Shown here: piece after piece, positions 1 through 12,137 of the stretch
How the letters are laid out: the number at the start of each line of letters is the position of its first letter
Numbering within the stretch: the first letter of the stretch is position 1
Made by a program: the position numbers and the translations under genes
Source: Octopus vulgaris
Lineage: Eukaryota
NCBI GenBank assembly: GCA_951406725.2
Contig: OX597818.1
Location: forward strand, 104,532,001 to 104,596,000
DNA: 64,000 nucleotides
Direction: 5' to 3'
Notes under the pieces: model-generated
What the model was told of the DNA's origin: nothing
Database searches by the model: none
The model's input: the letters and a program-made list of their open reading frames with translations, nothing else

Positions 1-585
1 CTCCATGTACAGGGTGTTGATGAGGTTCAGGAGGGACCTCGCCTGTCCTCGTTCACATCTTGTCATTCCTGGGAGAGAAAGGCCCTCGGGCCATCTGACA
101 TTGGGCAGATTGAAGTCTCCCATAAGAAGCACACCTATGTGTTGTTCTAATGTGGTTAGAATTTCTTCTATTTTTATAAGGCAGTCTTCAAACTTGCCCA
201 CATGGCTTGGGGCATCTGGAGGGCGATATGTAGCACACACAACTACATCAAGTTGCCTAATATGTACAATTAGTGTGTCACACACCGAGTTTGAGTATGA
301 CAAGAGGACCTGGGGTGTGAGGTCCTCACGGATGTACATAGCAACACCTCCATGACTCCTTTCTTTCCTGTCGGTCCGTAGCACAGCATACTGTGGTATG
401 TGTAACTCCGCATCTGCTATGTCCGGTTTCAGGTGCGTTTCTGTAAGTGCTATGCATAAGGCTTGATTGCATGCAACAAAGTCTCTCAGGAACGGGATCT
501 TTGTCCTGTTACTGAGTGTTTGCAGTCCTCTGATGTTCAGTAGGAGTATCGAGGTGAGGTGTACGTTGTTGCCGGCGGTGTCCAT
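1..585 (-). CDS. LINE ORF2 N-terminus, apurinic-like endonuclease (APE) domain, CR1/L2-type; runs off the window
   Basis: Manual translation from ATG at 585: MDTAGNNVHLTSILLLNIRGLQ...CIALTETHL...LRTDRKERSHGGVAMYIRE...CATYRPP...LLMGDFNLP...NTLYME. All hallmark APE motifs are present, with no stop down to base 1. Confidence 0.93.
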   Translation of the reverse strand, partial: MDTAGNNVHLTSILLLNIRGLQTLSNRTKIPFLRDFVACNQALCIALTETHLKPDIADAELHIPQYAVLRTDRKERSHGGVAMYIREDLTPQVLLSYSNSVCDTLIVHIRQLDVVVCATYRPPDAPSHVGKFEDCLIKIEEILTTLEQHIGVLLMGDFNLPNVRWPEGLSLPGMTRCERGQARSLLNLINTLYME

Positions 586-1448
586 CCTGTGTCTGTTTGC
601 TGTGGTGGTCTGGTATATAGTGGGTAGTCCCACCTGCGGGCTTGGGTTTGATGAAGCCAGGTCAGCTGCTGTACAATCTTTTGTGCCATGCACAAAAAAG
701 ATTGTTGCTCAGCAGCTGCTCTTTCGACAACATCATGTTGGCTGTTTGTGGCGCGCACAATATCTGCGTACCTCAGCTTTGGGGCAGGTGGTGCGTGGTC
801 CATCCCTTTTCTTTGTGTTGATGGTTTGTCCATCTGCCTCGTGTCTCTGTGGCAGGGTCCCCGATGTGCAAAGCGGCAGCCTGCACCTTCCTTTCCATGC
901 CAGCAGGAACCTCTCAGGTAGAACATACACACCCGTGTGCGCTGTTTGGTTCCATCCTTTGCGGTTCCACTTCTATTCCTGGTTGTTTCACTCTTTGGTC
1001 CTGCTTGAGCTTTTTCTTTTCCTTTAGCTCTTCCAGTCCTTCTTTTAGTTCTTCTTCCTCCCTCTACCTCTTCACCGGGTTCTCCGTCTCCATGGCCCTT
1101 GCTGCCGGTTGGAGAACTTGCACCTGGGTTCACTTCCCGGGCAGGTTTCTCATTCAAAACCTCCTCCCGGGCGTCCACCAAGTGGGGGTGACTTCTTTCA
1201 TCGTCTCCATTCTTGCCATCTTTGCCCCGCTCGTTCTCAAAGATGGCATCAAGTGCGCCAATGTGCGACCGTACAAGCGCATATGAGCGCACGAATTCCT
1301 GTATCTTTCGCTCCATCTGAGCCGCTGTCCTCTTGTAGCCTCTGCTCTTCAGCGCAGCCGCAATCACCTCGCTAGGGCTATCTCCGCCGGCGCACTCCCA
1401 TGCTCGTACGAATAAATCCAGCTCGTCACGTCTCCATGCTCTGGACAT
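537..1448 (-). CDS. LINE ORF1 (303 aa): N-terminal Myb/SANT-like (trihelix-type) domain, low-complexity linker, CCCH zinc finger
   Basis: Intact ATG..TGA ORF directly upstream of, and overlapping by 49 nt, the APE ORF. WRRDELDLFVRAW..IAAALKSRGYKRTAAQMERKIQEFVRSY resembles Myb/SANT-like domains; CMFYLRGSCWHGKEGAGCRFAH is a CCCH-type finger. Confidence 0.85.
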   Translation of the reverse strand: MSRAWRRDELDLFVRAWECAGGDSPSEVIAAALKSRGYKRTAAQMERKIQEFVRSYALVRSHIGALDAIFENERGKDGKNGDDERSHPHLVDAREEVLNEKPAREVNPGASSPTGSKGHGDGEPGEEVEGGRRTKRRTGRAKGKEKAQAGPKSETTRNRSGTAKDGTKQRTRVCMFYLRGSCWHGKEGAGCRFAHRGPCHRDTRQMDKPSTQRKGMDHAPPAPKLRYADIVRATNSQHDVVERAAAEQQSFLCMAQKIVQQLTWLHQTQARRWDYPLYTRPPQQTDTGWTPPATTYTSPRYSY

Positions 1449-1504
1449 GCTGGATAATCCGTCTATCCGTTTATCTATCTAATTATGTTCGAGAGAAGAC
1501 AGGA

Positions 1505-3970
1505 AGATATTAAGGCTAATTAGAAGATAGAGTACTTGAAAAAGAAATATTAACAATATTAAAGTTTGTGTAAAAACGTTATTTGGGTAAAAACGTTATT
1601 TAATCTTAAGGCTAATTAGGGGATAGAGTATCTGAAAATGTATTAGCAATATTAATATTATATTAGAGTGTGGATAAAAACGTTGTTTAATCTTAAGGCT
1701 AATTAGGAGATAGAGTATCTGAAAATATATTAGCAATATTAATATTATATTAGAGTGTGGGTAAAAAAAACGTTATTTAATCTTAAGGCTAATTTGGAGA
1801 TAGAGTATCTGAAAATATATTAGCAATATTAATATTATATTAGAGTGTGGGTAATATTAAACGTTACTTAATTTAATCTTAAGGCTAATTAGAAGACAGA
1901 GTATCTGAAAAATTATATATACAATATTAAGCAATATTTACCGTTATTTAATTTAATCTTAAGGCTAATTAGACGTTATTAATATTAAACGTTATTTAAT
2001 TTAATCTTAAGGCTAATTAGAAGATAGAGTATCTGAAAATATATTAGCAATATTAATATTATATTAGAGTGTGGATAAAAACGTTATTTAATCTTAAGGC
2101 TAATCAGGAGATAGAGTATCTGAAAATATATTAGCAATGTTAATATTATATTAGAGTGTGGATAATATTAAACGTTATTTAATTTAATCTTAAGGCTAAT
2201 TAGAAGACAGAGTATCTGAAAAATTATATATACAATATTAAGCAATATTTACCGTTATTTAATTTAATCTTAAGGCTAATTAGACGTTATTAATATTAAA
2301 CGTTATTTAATTTAATCTTAAGGCTAATTAGAAGATAGAGTATCTGAAAATATATTAGCAATATTAATATTATATTAGAGTGTGGATAAAAACGTTATTT
2401 AATCTTAAGGCTAATCAGGAGATAGAGTATCTGAAAATATATTAGCAATGTTAATATTATATTAGAGTGTGGATAATATTAAACGTTATTTAATTTAATC
2501 TTAAGGCTAATTAGAAGATAGAGTATCTGAAGAATTATTAACAATATTAAAACAATATTAAACGTTATTTAATTTAATCTTAAGGCTAATTAACAATAAT
2601 TATTAACAATATTAAACAATATTAAACGTTATTTAATTTGATCCTAAGGCTAATTAACAATAATTATTAACAATATTAAACGATATTAAACGTTATTTAA
2701 TTTAATCTTAAGGCTAATTAACAGTAATTATTAACAATATTAAACAATATTAAACGTTATTTAATTTAATCCTAAGGCTAATTAACAATAATTATTAACA
2801 ATATTAAACGTTATTTAATTTAATCCTAAGGCTAATTAGACGTTATTAATATTAAACGTTATTTAATTTAATCTTAAGGCTAATTAGAAGATAGAGTATC
2901 TGAAAATATATTAGCAATATTAATATTATATTAGAGTGTGGATAAAAACGTTATTTAATCTTAAGGCTAATCAGGAGATAGAGTATCTGAAAATATATTA
3001 GCAATGTTAATATTATATTAGAGTGTGGATAATATTAAACGTTATTTAATTTAATCTTAAGGCTAATTAGAAGACAGAGTATCTGAAAAATTATATATAC
3101 AATATTAAGCAATATTTACCGTTATTTAATTTAATCTTAAGGCTAATTAGACGTTATTAATATTAAACGTTATTTAATTTAATCTTAAGGCTAATTAGAA
3201 GATAGAGTATCTGAAAATATATTAGCAATATTAATATTATATTAGAGTGTGGATAAAAACGTTATTTAATCTTAAGGCTAATCAGGAGATAGAGTATCTG
3301 AAAATATATTAGCAATGTTAATATTATATTAGAGTGTGGATAATATTAAACGTTATTTAATTTAATCTTAAGGCTAATTAGAAGATAGAGTATCTGAAGA
3401 ATTATTAACAATATTAAAACAATATTAAACGTTATTTAATTTAATCTTAAGGCTAATTAACAATAATTATTAACAATATTAAACAATATTAAACGTTATT
3501 TAATTTGATCCTAAGGCTAATTAACAATAATTATTAACAATATTAAACGATATTAAACGTTATTTAATTTAATCTTAAGGCTAATTAACAGTAATTATTA
3601 ACAATATTAAACAATATTAAACGTTATTTAATTTAATCCTAAGGCTAATTAACAATAATTATTAACAATATTAAACGTTATTTAATTTAATCCTAAGGCT
3701 AATTAGACGTTATTAATATTAAACGTTATTTAATTTAATCTTAAGGCTAATTAGAAGATAGAGTATCTGAAAAATTATTAACAATATTAAAACAATATTA
3801 AACGTTATTTAATTTAATCTTAAGGCTAATTAACAATAATTATTAACAATATTAAACAATATTAAACGTTATTTAATTTAATCCTAAGGCTAATTTGACG
3901 GTATCAATATTAAACGTTATTTAATTTAATCTTAAGGCTAATTAGAAGATAGAGTATCTGGAAAATTATT
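1505..3970. repeat. Complex AT-rich tandem array, ~34 copies of core AAACGTTATTTAA(TTTAA)TCTTAAGGCTAATTA, with 311-bp and 867-bp higher-order periods
   Basis: AAGGCTAAT counted 34 times between 1512 and 3934, at spacings of about 48-96 bp. Marker AGACGTTATTAAT at 1971/2838/3705 and 2282/3149; marker TAATCAGGAG at 2101/2412/2968/3279. Confidence 0.95.
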
Positions 3971-4414
3971 ATATCGAGAACAGATATTGAAAATGTAAAC
4001 AAACAAAATGACGATCGCAACTTTAACTAAGATGTGGGCCTAAGTGAAAGATAAAATAGAATAATAAATAAAATATGAAATAGATTAAATTGATACTTAA
4101 TCCAACAATGTGGTCTGGATTATTTTTTTGGTTTACGGGATTTTTTTCAGGAGAGATGCTTCTTTTTTCTTTCTTGCAGGAGATAACTTGATTCAGTTAT
4201 TTTTGCACCATGTGCGTTTCGGCGAAAATGAAAATTACTGTGTATATGTATATATTTATATATATATTTTTAAAAATATTTTTTAACCAAAGTGTTGTAG
4301 TGATCTCTATGACTTAGAGTTTTACGTTTTGCAACTACAGTGGGTTATTTCGCCGTTCTATGCAAACTTTTTCACAGAGCAAAGGCAATCACGTCTTTCT
4401 CTGCTGAAAACGGA

Positions 4415-4455
<41 letters not shown>

Positions 4456-4457
<2 letters not shown>

Positions 4458-5664
4458 AACAGCCTTGGAAACAGGTTCGAACTCTGATGTCATATTTGCG
4501 TTGACCATAATATCCTACTCGCAAAATTGGCAAATGTTGGAATCCGTGGAAAACTTCTACACTGGATTAAGTATTCCCTGGCGAATAGAACACAACATGT
4601 TGTAGTTGATGGAGTCCACTCAAGCCCAGCAAAAGTCACCAGCGGAGTCCCCCAGGGGACTGTCTTGGCCCCGCTACTCTTTATAATTTACATAAACGAC
4701 CTTTCCAGTGTCGTACATTACTGCAAAGTGAAAATATTTGTTGATGAAACTAAGCTCCAGCAACTCATCAATGAAGAAGCAGACCGAACTCAACTCCAGT
4801 CTGATCTATATGCTGTGAGTCAATGAGCAGACAGAAACAAAATGCAACTGAACGAGGGAAAATTTGAGCTGATATATTTTGGAAGAAATTCCTCACTAAA
4901 ACAGCCATACTCACTTCCTTCAGGGGAACCGCTCACAGCCTCTAACAATATCAAAGACCTGGGTGTAATTGTTGATGACGATCTCAGTTGGAGTGCACAC
5001 ATCAACAAGAAGGTTGATATAGCTCGTAGGATGAGTTCCTGGATCTTAAGAACTTTCCGGTCCAGAGAACAAGGTGTCATCATACCACTTTTCTCCTCCT
5101 TTGTACGGCCTGTGGTCTCCCCATACAAGACAAAACATCTCGAGGATTGAATCACCCCAGAGGGCACTCACTAAACGAATTGAAGGCATGGCTGCTCTCG
5201 ATTATTGGGACCGCCTTAAAGCCTTGAAACTCTACTCTCTCCAGCGTCGCCGTGAGCGGTACATCATTTGTGCGATGTGGAGAATATACCGCCAACTTTG
5301 CCCAAACGACCTGAACATTAGCTTCAAGGTTCATCCAAGAATGGGACCAGGGGCCATAAGTCCCCTGCCCAATTCAAGATCACAGCATACATGTACACTG
5401 CAACATAATTTAACATTGTCCCGAAAGAGATCAAAGAGGAAAAGGATCCCATCAACTTTAAACGGAGTCTGAATAGATTTCTTCAAGGAATACCAGATAA
5501 GCCACCCATAATTGGATACAGCTCACCCAACAAAAACTCACTACTTGAATGGACTATAAACAAAACTTGACTTAAACAGGATTTAGATAATCCTATCAGG
5601 TGGTGCTATTAGGTTAGACATGGCCTAGACCAATCTTTGGTCGAAACATATCAAAGTTTATCTA

Positions 5665-5668
<4 letters not shown>
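4456..5668 (+). mobile_element. 5'-truncated, decayed CR1-type LINE (RT C-terminal half + 3' UTR) flanked by (TA)n
   Basis: VDHNILLAKL..GIRGKLLHWI..SGVPQGTVLAPLLFIIYINDL..KIFVDETKL, KDLGVIVD, YWDRLKALKLYSLQRRRERY. Stop at 4824, frameshifts and deletions; catalytic FADD degraded to FVDE. Confidence 0.92.
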
Positions 5669-5738
<70 letters not shown>

Positions 5739-5747
5739 TATATGTAT

Positions 5748-6130
5748 GCGCAGGGCGGGCTGTATGGTAAGTAGCTTGATTCCCGTCTACATAGTTCTGG
5801 TTCAGTCCCACTGCGTGGCACTTTGGGCAGGTGCATATTCTTGCGTCGACCAATGCTTTGTGAATACAATTGGTAGACGGAAACAGCAACCCGTCGTATA
5901 TATATATATATATATATATATATGTTTGTATGACTGTTCTTTTCCCCACCATTGCTGGACAACCGATGCTGGTGTGCTTACGCCACTGTAACTTAGCTTT
6001 TCGGCAAACAAGAGCGATAGGATAGGTATCAAGCTTACAAGGAATAAGTGCTGAGGTCGATTTGTTCGACTAAAGGTGGTTCTCCAGCATGGCCGAAGTC
6101 AGATGACCGAAGCAAATAGAATAATAAAAG
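5748..6130 (+). mobile_element. SINE family A (tRNA-like head, internal microsatellite, A-rich tail)
   Basis: Matches about a dozen other copies in the window (GGCTGTGTGGTAAGTAGCTTGC..GGTTCAGTCCCACTGCGTGGCACCTTGGGCAAGTG..CCAGCATGGCC..AAATGACTGAAA). Confidence 0.85.
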
Positions 6131-6132
6131 AT

Positions 6133-6210
<78 letters not shown>

Positions 6211-6327
6211 ATTTATATATATATATATATGTATATATGTACGTATGTATGTTTATATATATATACATATATATATGTTTATATATATATACATATATAT
6301 ATATATATGTGTGTACGTATGTATGTT

Positions 6328-6358
<31 letters not shown>

Positions 6359-6391
6359 GTATGTATGTATGCATGTATATATATATATACA

Positions 6392-6423
<32 letters not shown>

Positions 6424-6619
6424 AAGATATGTGTGTGTGTATATGTATGTATATATACGTATATATATGTGTGTGTGTATATGTATGTATATATACGTAT
6501 ATATATGTGTATGTACATATGTATATGCATATATTTATGTATATATATATATATGTGTGTGTATATGTATGTATATATACGTATATATATGTGTATGTAC
6601 ATATGTATATGCATATATT

Positions 6620-6686
<67 letters not shown>

Positions 6687-6695
6687 GTGTGTGTG

Positions 6696-6776
<81 letters not shown>
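6131..6776. repeat. Compound (TA)n/(TATG)n/(TG)n microsatellite; similar tracts at 7262-7495, 7835-8310, 14845-15350, 17140-17905, 30665-31080, 39230-39725, 54485-54930
   Basis: Directly visible simple repeats. Confidence 0.97.
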
Positions 6777-6780
<4 letters not shown>

Positions 6781-6905
6781 AGTTGGAATTCACAAAAAGA
6801 ACAAAAGATGAGGACAGGTGCCTAAACAACAAACAGGTGTATTAGTTTAATTCTCGGTAAGGTGGGAAAGTCTTTTACATTTCGAGCCTACGCTCTTCAA
6901 CAGAT
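6777..6905 (-). mobile_element. Penelope-like terminal-repeat fragment with hammerhead-like motif (TTGAAGAGCGTAGGCTCGAAATGTA)
   Basis: Homologous to 19085-19250 (downstream of a GIY-YIG fragment) and 33185-33340; all three run 3' into a microsatellite. Confidence 0.6.
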
Positions 6906-7358
6906 CTTAGGGTGATGTGGTTGCAGAAAATATGTGAAACCCACCACTTCGTTATCCTACTTTTCGGACTTTGTGCCGGGAGTAGAAAAGAATATTGACA
7001 CATATTTCGTAGATACAGCGAGACCATTGTTATAGCCATAGTGTATTCACTATAACAATGGACTCTAATACTTCCGTGTAACACACATAGAAACTTAAAG
7101 ATAGATTAAAGTTTGTTAGGCGGTCTATCGATTTGTTCGACGCTCTATCGATTTCGATAATCCAGTTTGTTCGACTTCAAGCAGTGGTTAGACATAAGCG
7201 AACGTTACGTTAGTTAAAATGTTTGTGACGTATTTCAGCTTCTAAAGACAGATTCAGTGTATCATATATATATACATACATATATATATATACATGTATA
7301 TGTATGTATACATATATATATATGTGTATGTGTATATATACATACATATATATATATG

Positions 7359-7405
<47 letters not shown>

Positions 7406-7438
7406 GTATATATATATATGTGTATATATATATATGTA

Positions 7439-7488
<50 letters not shown>

Positions 7489-8119
7489 TATATATAGCAT
7501 TCAGGGATAAAGTAGTTCCTTCCTGGCAGAGCAAAAGGAAAAAAACAATATGATGTTCCATATTATATAGCATTCAACATGGTAACATCAAAACAACAGT
7601 AAAATGACAATGAAACGAATTCAACAATCGTAAACAGAGAAGCATTTGAATTGAGATGAAACATAAGGAGGAAATAACAAAGACACAACGAAGCTTTGTT
7701 GTTAATGAAGCTATGGTGACAGAGAAAAAGACGACTTCTACAGAATCAATGGCTTTCATAACAGAAAGGAAACAAAAATAACAGGAACTAGTAGTAACAT
7801 CGCTAATCATACATATTAACATATACAGACATGCGTATGTGTGTGTATATGTAAATATATGTACGTATGTGTATGTGTATATATGTATGCATGTTTATAT
7901 AAGTATGTATATGTACGCTTGTGTGTGTATGTATATGTATGAATGTAAATATCTTTATGTAGGCGTATGTATGTATATATATATGTACGTAAATATATTA
8001 ATCTATGAATATATATGTATGTATATGTATGTATATATATATGTATATATGTGTGTTTATGTATATGTATGCATATATGTATATATATATATGTATGTAT
8101 AAATATATATATATATATT

Positions 8120-8150
<31 letters not shown>

Positions 8151-8194
8151 GTATGTTTTTATGTACGTATGCATGTACATATGCTTGTACGTAA

Positions 8195-8244
<50 letters not shown>

Positions 8245-8943
8245 GTATGTATGTTTGCATGTATGTATATATATTATGTGTGTATGTATTGTATATAGAT
8301 ATACATATATCGCCTGTCTGTTTGTTTCATATATATTTCCTTGTGTTAATATGTGCATGTGTATCTGTGAGCTTCAAACAGTGTTAGAGGTTACATTATT
8401 TACCTATGGAGACTAAAAGACGTACATAGGGAAATCGACTCAGTCGGAAAAAACCGTACTTTGTCTAGAATTACTAAATTTATAGAATATCTATTTTTAT
8501 TTTCATATAACCTAACTTAATGCAATATGGCTTCTTTAGTATGGTTTAGGTCTTACTTTAGTTTTCCTAAATAGATAATGGTATCTATTTCACTAATTAC
8601 CATACACAGATATATATACAGAAACGTAGACACTCACGTATATAGATATATTTAGAATGTACATATATACATATTTTATGTATGTATATGTATATATACA
8701 ATACATTCACATATTTCATATACTTATCCACATGTGGAACGACGGACACAATGTGAGAGATGTAAAGATCTGAAAAATACAACTAAGCAGTCCGTGGGAG
8801 AATTTGTTAAAAGATTCATAGATATAGCATTATAAAAGTACTCATAAACATTGAAGCTGATGTATCATGAAAAAGAAACGTGCGTTCATCAGATATGTCA
8901 TATATATATTTTAGAAAGTTAAAGTTTGTAGCTATAGATCACA

Positions 8944-9409
<466 letters not shown>

Positions 9410-9679
9410 TCCCACATAAAATTATTTACTTGGCTTTTAACTGATGCCTGTAAGGCCTATCATAGGAAATCTCTTATTCCATTGTTCTAATATCGGTTTT
9501 TAGCGAGAAGCTGTGGCCAAGTTGGGGTGTTAATTCTTGTTTATCTTAGCGTTCCTTATTGGTCCTGTCTTCAGAATCGATCCTGGTAAACGAGTAAGTT
9601 TGATAGACCAACCCTTCTTTGCGTGTTTTACTGTGGTGTTGCTTTATCTGATTTGATTTGATTTATTTATGCGCCCTTT

Positions 9680-9957
9680 TCAAGCCTAACTAGGCTCATG
9701 GACCCGGTGTCCCGGTTTCTATGGCATATGCCCCCCCCAGCTAGACGGGACGCCAGTCCATCGCGGCATTACTCAAGAAAAAGGAAGAAAGAGTGAGAGA
9801 AAGTTGGGGCGAAAGAGTACAACAGGGGTCGCCACCACCCCCTGCCGGAGACTCGTGGAGCTTTAGATGTTTTTTCTCAATAAACACACACAACGCCTGG
9901 TCTGGGAATCGAAACCGCGAATCCGCTGTCCTAACCACTGGGTCATTACGCCTCCAC
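9680..9957 (-). mobile_element. SINE family C (tRNA-derived head GTGGAGGCGCAATGGCCCAGTGGTTAGG..GGTTTCGATTCCC)
   Basis: A/B-box-like head and body shared with copies at 20600, 32095, 32487, 35221, 40500, 63082. Confidence 0.85.
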
Positions 9958-10204
9958 TTTATCTGATATACTGGATATAAATTTAATTGTTTTTGAGCAC
10001 ACCCACATTTACACCTCGTTGACCTCTGAGGCATTTTTGGCAATGCATAGAAAATTGGTTTGGCGAGCCTTTGAACACTAAACTGCCAGTTCTGGGTTCT
10101 TACTCAGGATGTACAGGATCTTTAGTACTATGCAATAATGTCCAGTCCACTGATTAGTATAGCTTTCTGTCTCAAAGTTGGGTGCTTGACGTTTCAGGGT
10201 TTTT

Positions 10205-10277
<73 letters not shown>

Positions 10278-10315
10278 GAATGTTGGTTTGTGAAAGCACG
10301 TGGGTGAATATATAG

Positions 10316-10665
10316 AAAATAGTAGAGTGAAAAAACGACAGAAGGCTTAAATGTTAAAAAAATATATATATTTGCGTCAATATGTCTGAAGAATATTAGA
10401 AAATTAAAAAAATTTTTTTCCTCTTATAAATGACATAAATTAAAAGAAAGACCGGTTTCGCGTGTAGCTTTTCAAATTTCTTGTGACGTTATCATAACAT
10501 CACAAGAAATTTGAAAAGCTACACGCGAAACCGGTCTTTCTTTTAATTTATGTCATTATAAGAGGAAAAAAATTTTTTTTTTAATTTTCTAATATTCTTC
10601 AGACATATTGACGCAAATATATATATTTTTTAACATTTAAGCCTTCTGTCGTTTTTTCACTCTAC

Positions 10666-10671
<6 letters not shown>
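10316..10671. repeat. Near-perfect ~356-bp palindrome (two ~172-bp arms), each arm carrying a hammerhead-like motif
   Basis: 10316-10486 is the reverse complement of 10500-10671 apart from homopolymer-length differences; the centre GTTATCATAAC is itself self-complementary. Confidence 0.95.
10504..10542 (+). ncRNA. Minimal type I hammerhead-like motif, U3-A8 core variant (mirror copy on - strand at ~10445-10482)
   Basis: AAGAAA-T-TTGAAAA-GC-TACAC-GC-GAAA-CCG-GTC-TTTCTT: stem I AAGAAA/TTTCTT, 2-bp stem II, palindromic ACCGGT stem III, GUC site; one extra U before the core. Confidence 0.5.
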
Positions 10672-10706
<35 letters not shown>

Positions 10707-10779
10707 TGCACATTTTTCAGATTTATTTTCCGAAGAGTGGAGTCTCAGCTGTTTTAGTTTCCCCTAGCAGTCCAACTGT

Positions 10780-11245
10780 TGCATCGAAACAGCTTTCTCG
10801 GTGTAATGGCGTTGTATTGCTTTGAAATCTTATAAATCTTATAAAAATTTGAAGCCACCATAATTGGAAGTAGTAATCCAGGTGATTGAGCTGGTTTCCT
10901 TTTTCCATGTTTTGTACAATCGCAGGAACTATCCAGTCAGGCATCTTAATAATATTTGCTGTGAACGATGCATCGCCACTCATATAAATTCGTATGTTAC
11001 GTAGCGAGTAGAACACTTGAATTGCAATACCCGCTTGTCCTGCGTATTCTGATAGCGATCAATTTGATCGTGGGTTGATATCGGAGAGTCTGAAACTTCT
11101 CAACATTGAAGTACATATTCTATATATTTCAGTTCACTCGTATATTACGTTGATATCCTTCTGTACTTTTGAGGCACATTCAAGGTCATTGATTGGTTGT
11201 GATACTTTTGTATCATCATGATAACTGGTGAGTGCGACTGGCGTG
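10780..11245 (-). mobile_element. Highly decayed CR1-like RT C-terminal fragment
   Basis: Remnants ALTSYHDDTKV (cf. SYADDTK), RNIRIYMSGDASF, LNHLDYYFQLW (cf. LDYCSQLW), with stops. Confidence 0.6.
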
Positions 11246-12137
11246 GATAACCGAACATCAAAACTATAAATTATCATAAAACGTTTTTTTTGAAAATTTC
11301 TGATATTCTTAATGAGCTTTTTCCCCTGCAGGAACAGAACAGTGGCAGGTGAAACAATTCTAGAGAAAATTCAGTGTGCTAAAGGTTAACTAATGCATAT
11401 TTGGGCAAATGAACTATGATAGGATGCCTCTATTAAATTTTTGTGAATTTTTCTTTTCTAAAGTTCACCTCCTAAATATAAATTGTTTTCCGGTTACAAG
11501 TACGAAGAATGCAGTATGCTTAAATTCCTCAAATCATTTCACCGATTTTGTGCGTGTGTGTGCAAAATACACTTCAGAAAACTACGTTACGTATTATTTA
11601 TATGAACGATGTTATATATGAGTGGAACGATGATGTATGTATTAAGAAAAAAAATGTAACACTTGAAACTTAGCTGCATTATAGCATCCTGGGATTTCCA
11701 AACTCAGGAAATACACCTTAAATCATATGTACGTACATTTCCTGTTTTTGCGGATCATTTAAGGTGCATTGCCTGAAAAGTTTTGGCAGATAGCTAAACA
11801 GCATAAATGTTAAATGTATATGCAATGGGTGGCTAAGAATAGCTGGCTTCTATATAACTGAAGATTATTTTTGCCCCTTAATTTTAATTGCACTCACTTT
11901 CATATATATTTGATTACATGACTTTATACGCATTTACACGCACACGCAAACACACATAGGTATCTGTGTGTGTATGTGTGTGTGTGTGTGTGTATTGAGA
12001 AAGATACAAACGCACATATCATACACAGTCAGATGCACACATGAATATAAACACGCAGATAACTATACAAATGTCCATCTATCTATCTATCTGTCGTTCT
12101 GTCTGTTTGTCTCTCTCTGGATATAAATATATATATT

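Larger units (their letters stand above)
1..4417 (-). mobile_element. 5' portion of a possibly full-length non-LTR retrotransposon (CR1/L2 group)
   Basis: ORF1 + ORF2 architecture. Upstream sequence (array, then ~450 bp unique) ends abruptly at a (TA)n tract at 4418; the 5' boundary is inferred from that junction. Confidence 0.7.

Noticed and set aside
5-1375. + strand ORFs (116, 186, 145 aa and others)
   Set aside because: Antisense shadows of LINE ORF1/ORF2.
1505-3970. CRISPR-like repeat/spacer appearance
   Set aside because: Spacers are reused and mutually related, there are no cas genes, and the context is a eukaryotic retroelement.
5615-5655. GACCA-ATCTT-TGGTC-GAAAC at the CR1 3' end as a hammerhead
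   Set aside because: No CUGANGA box upstream; better explained as a LINE 3' stem-loop.
11332-11384. Possible small host exon after TTTTTCCCCTGCAG (NRTVAGETILEKIQCAK)
   Set aside because: Weak donor, no partner exons, no recognisable protein; cannot be supported without RNA-seq.
11704-11776. Short inverted repeat TCAGGAAATACACCTTAAAT / ATTTAAGGTGCATTGCCTGA
   Set aside because: Single small imperfect hairpin without a TSD; could be a MITE relic or pre-miRNA-like, but unsupported.
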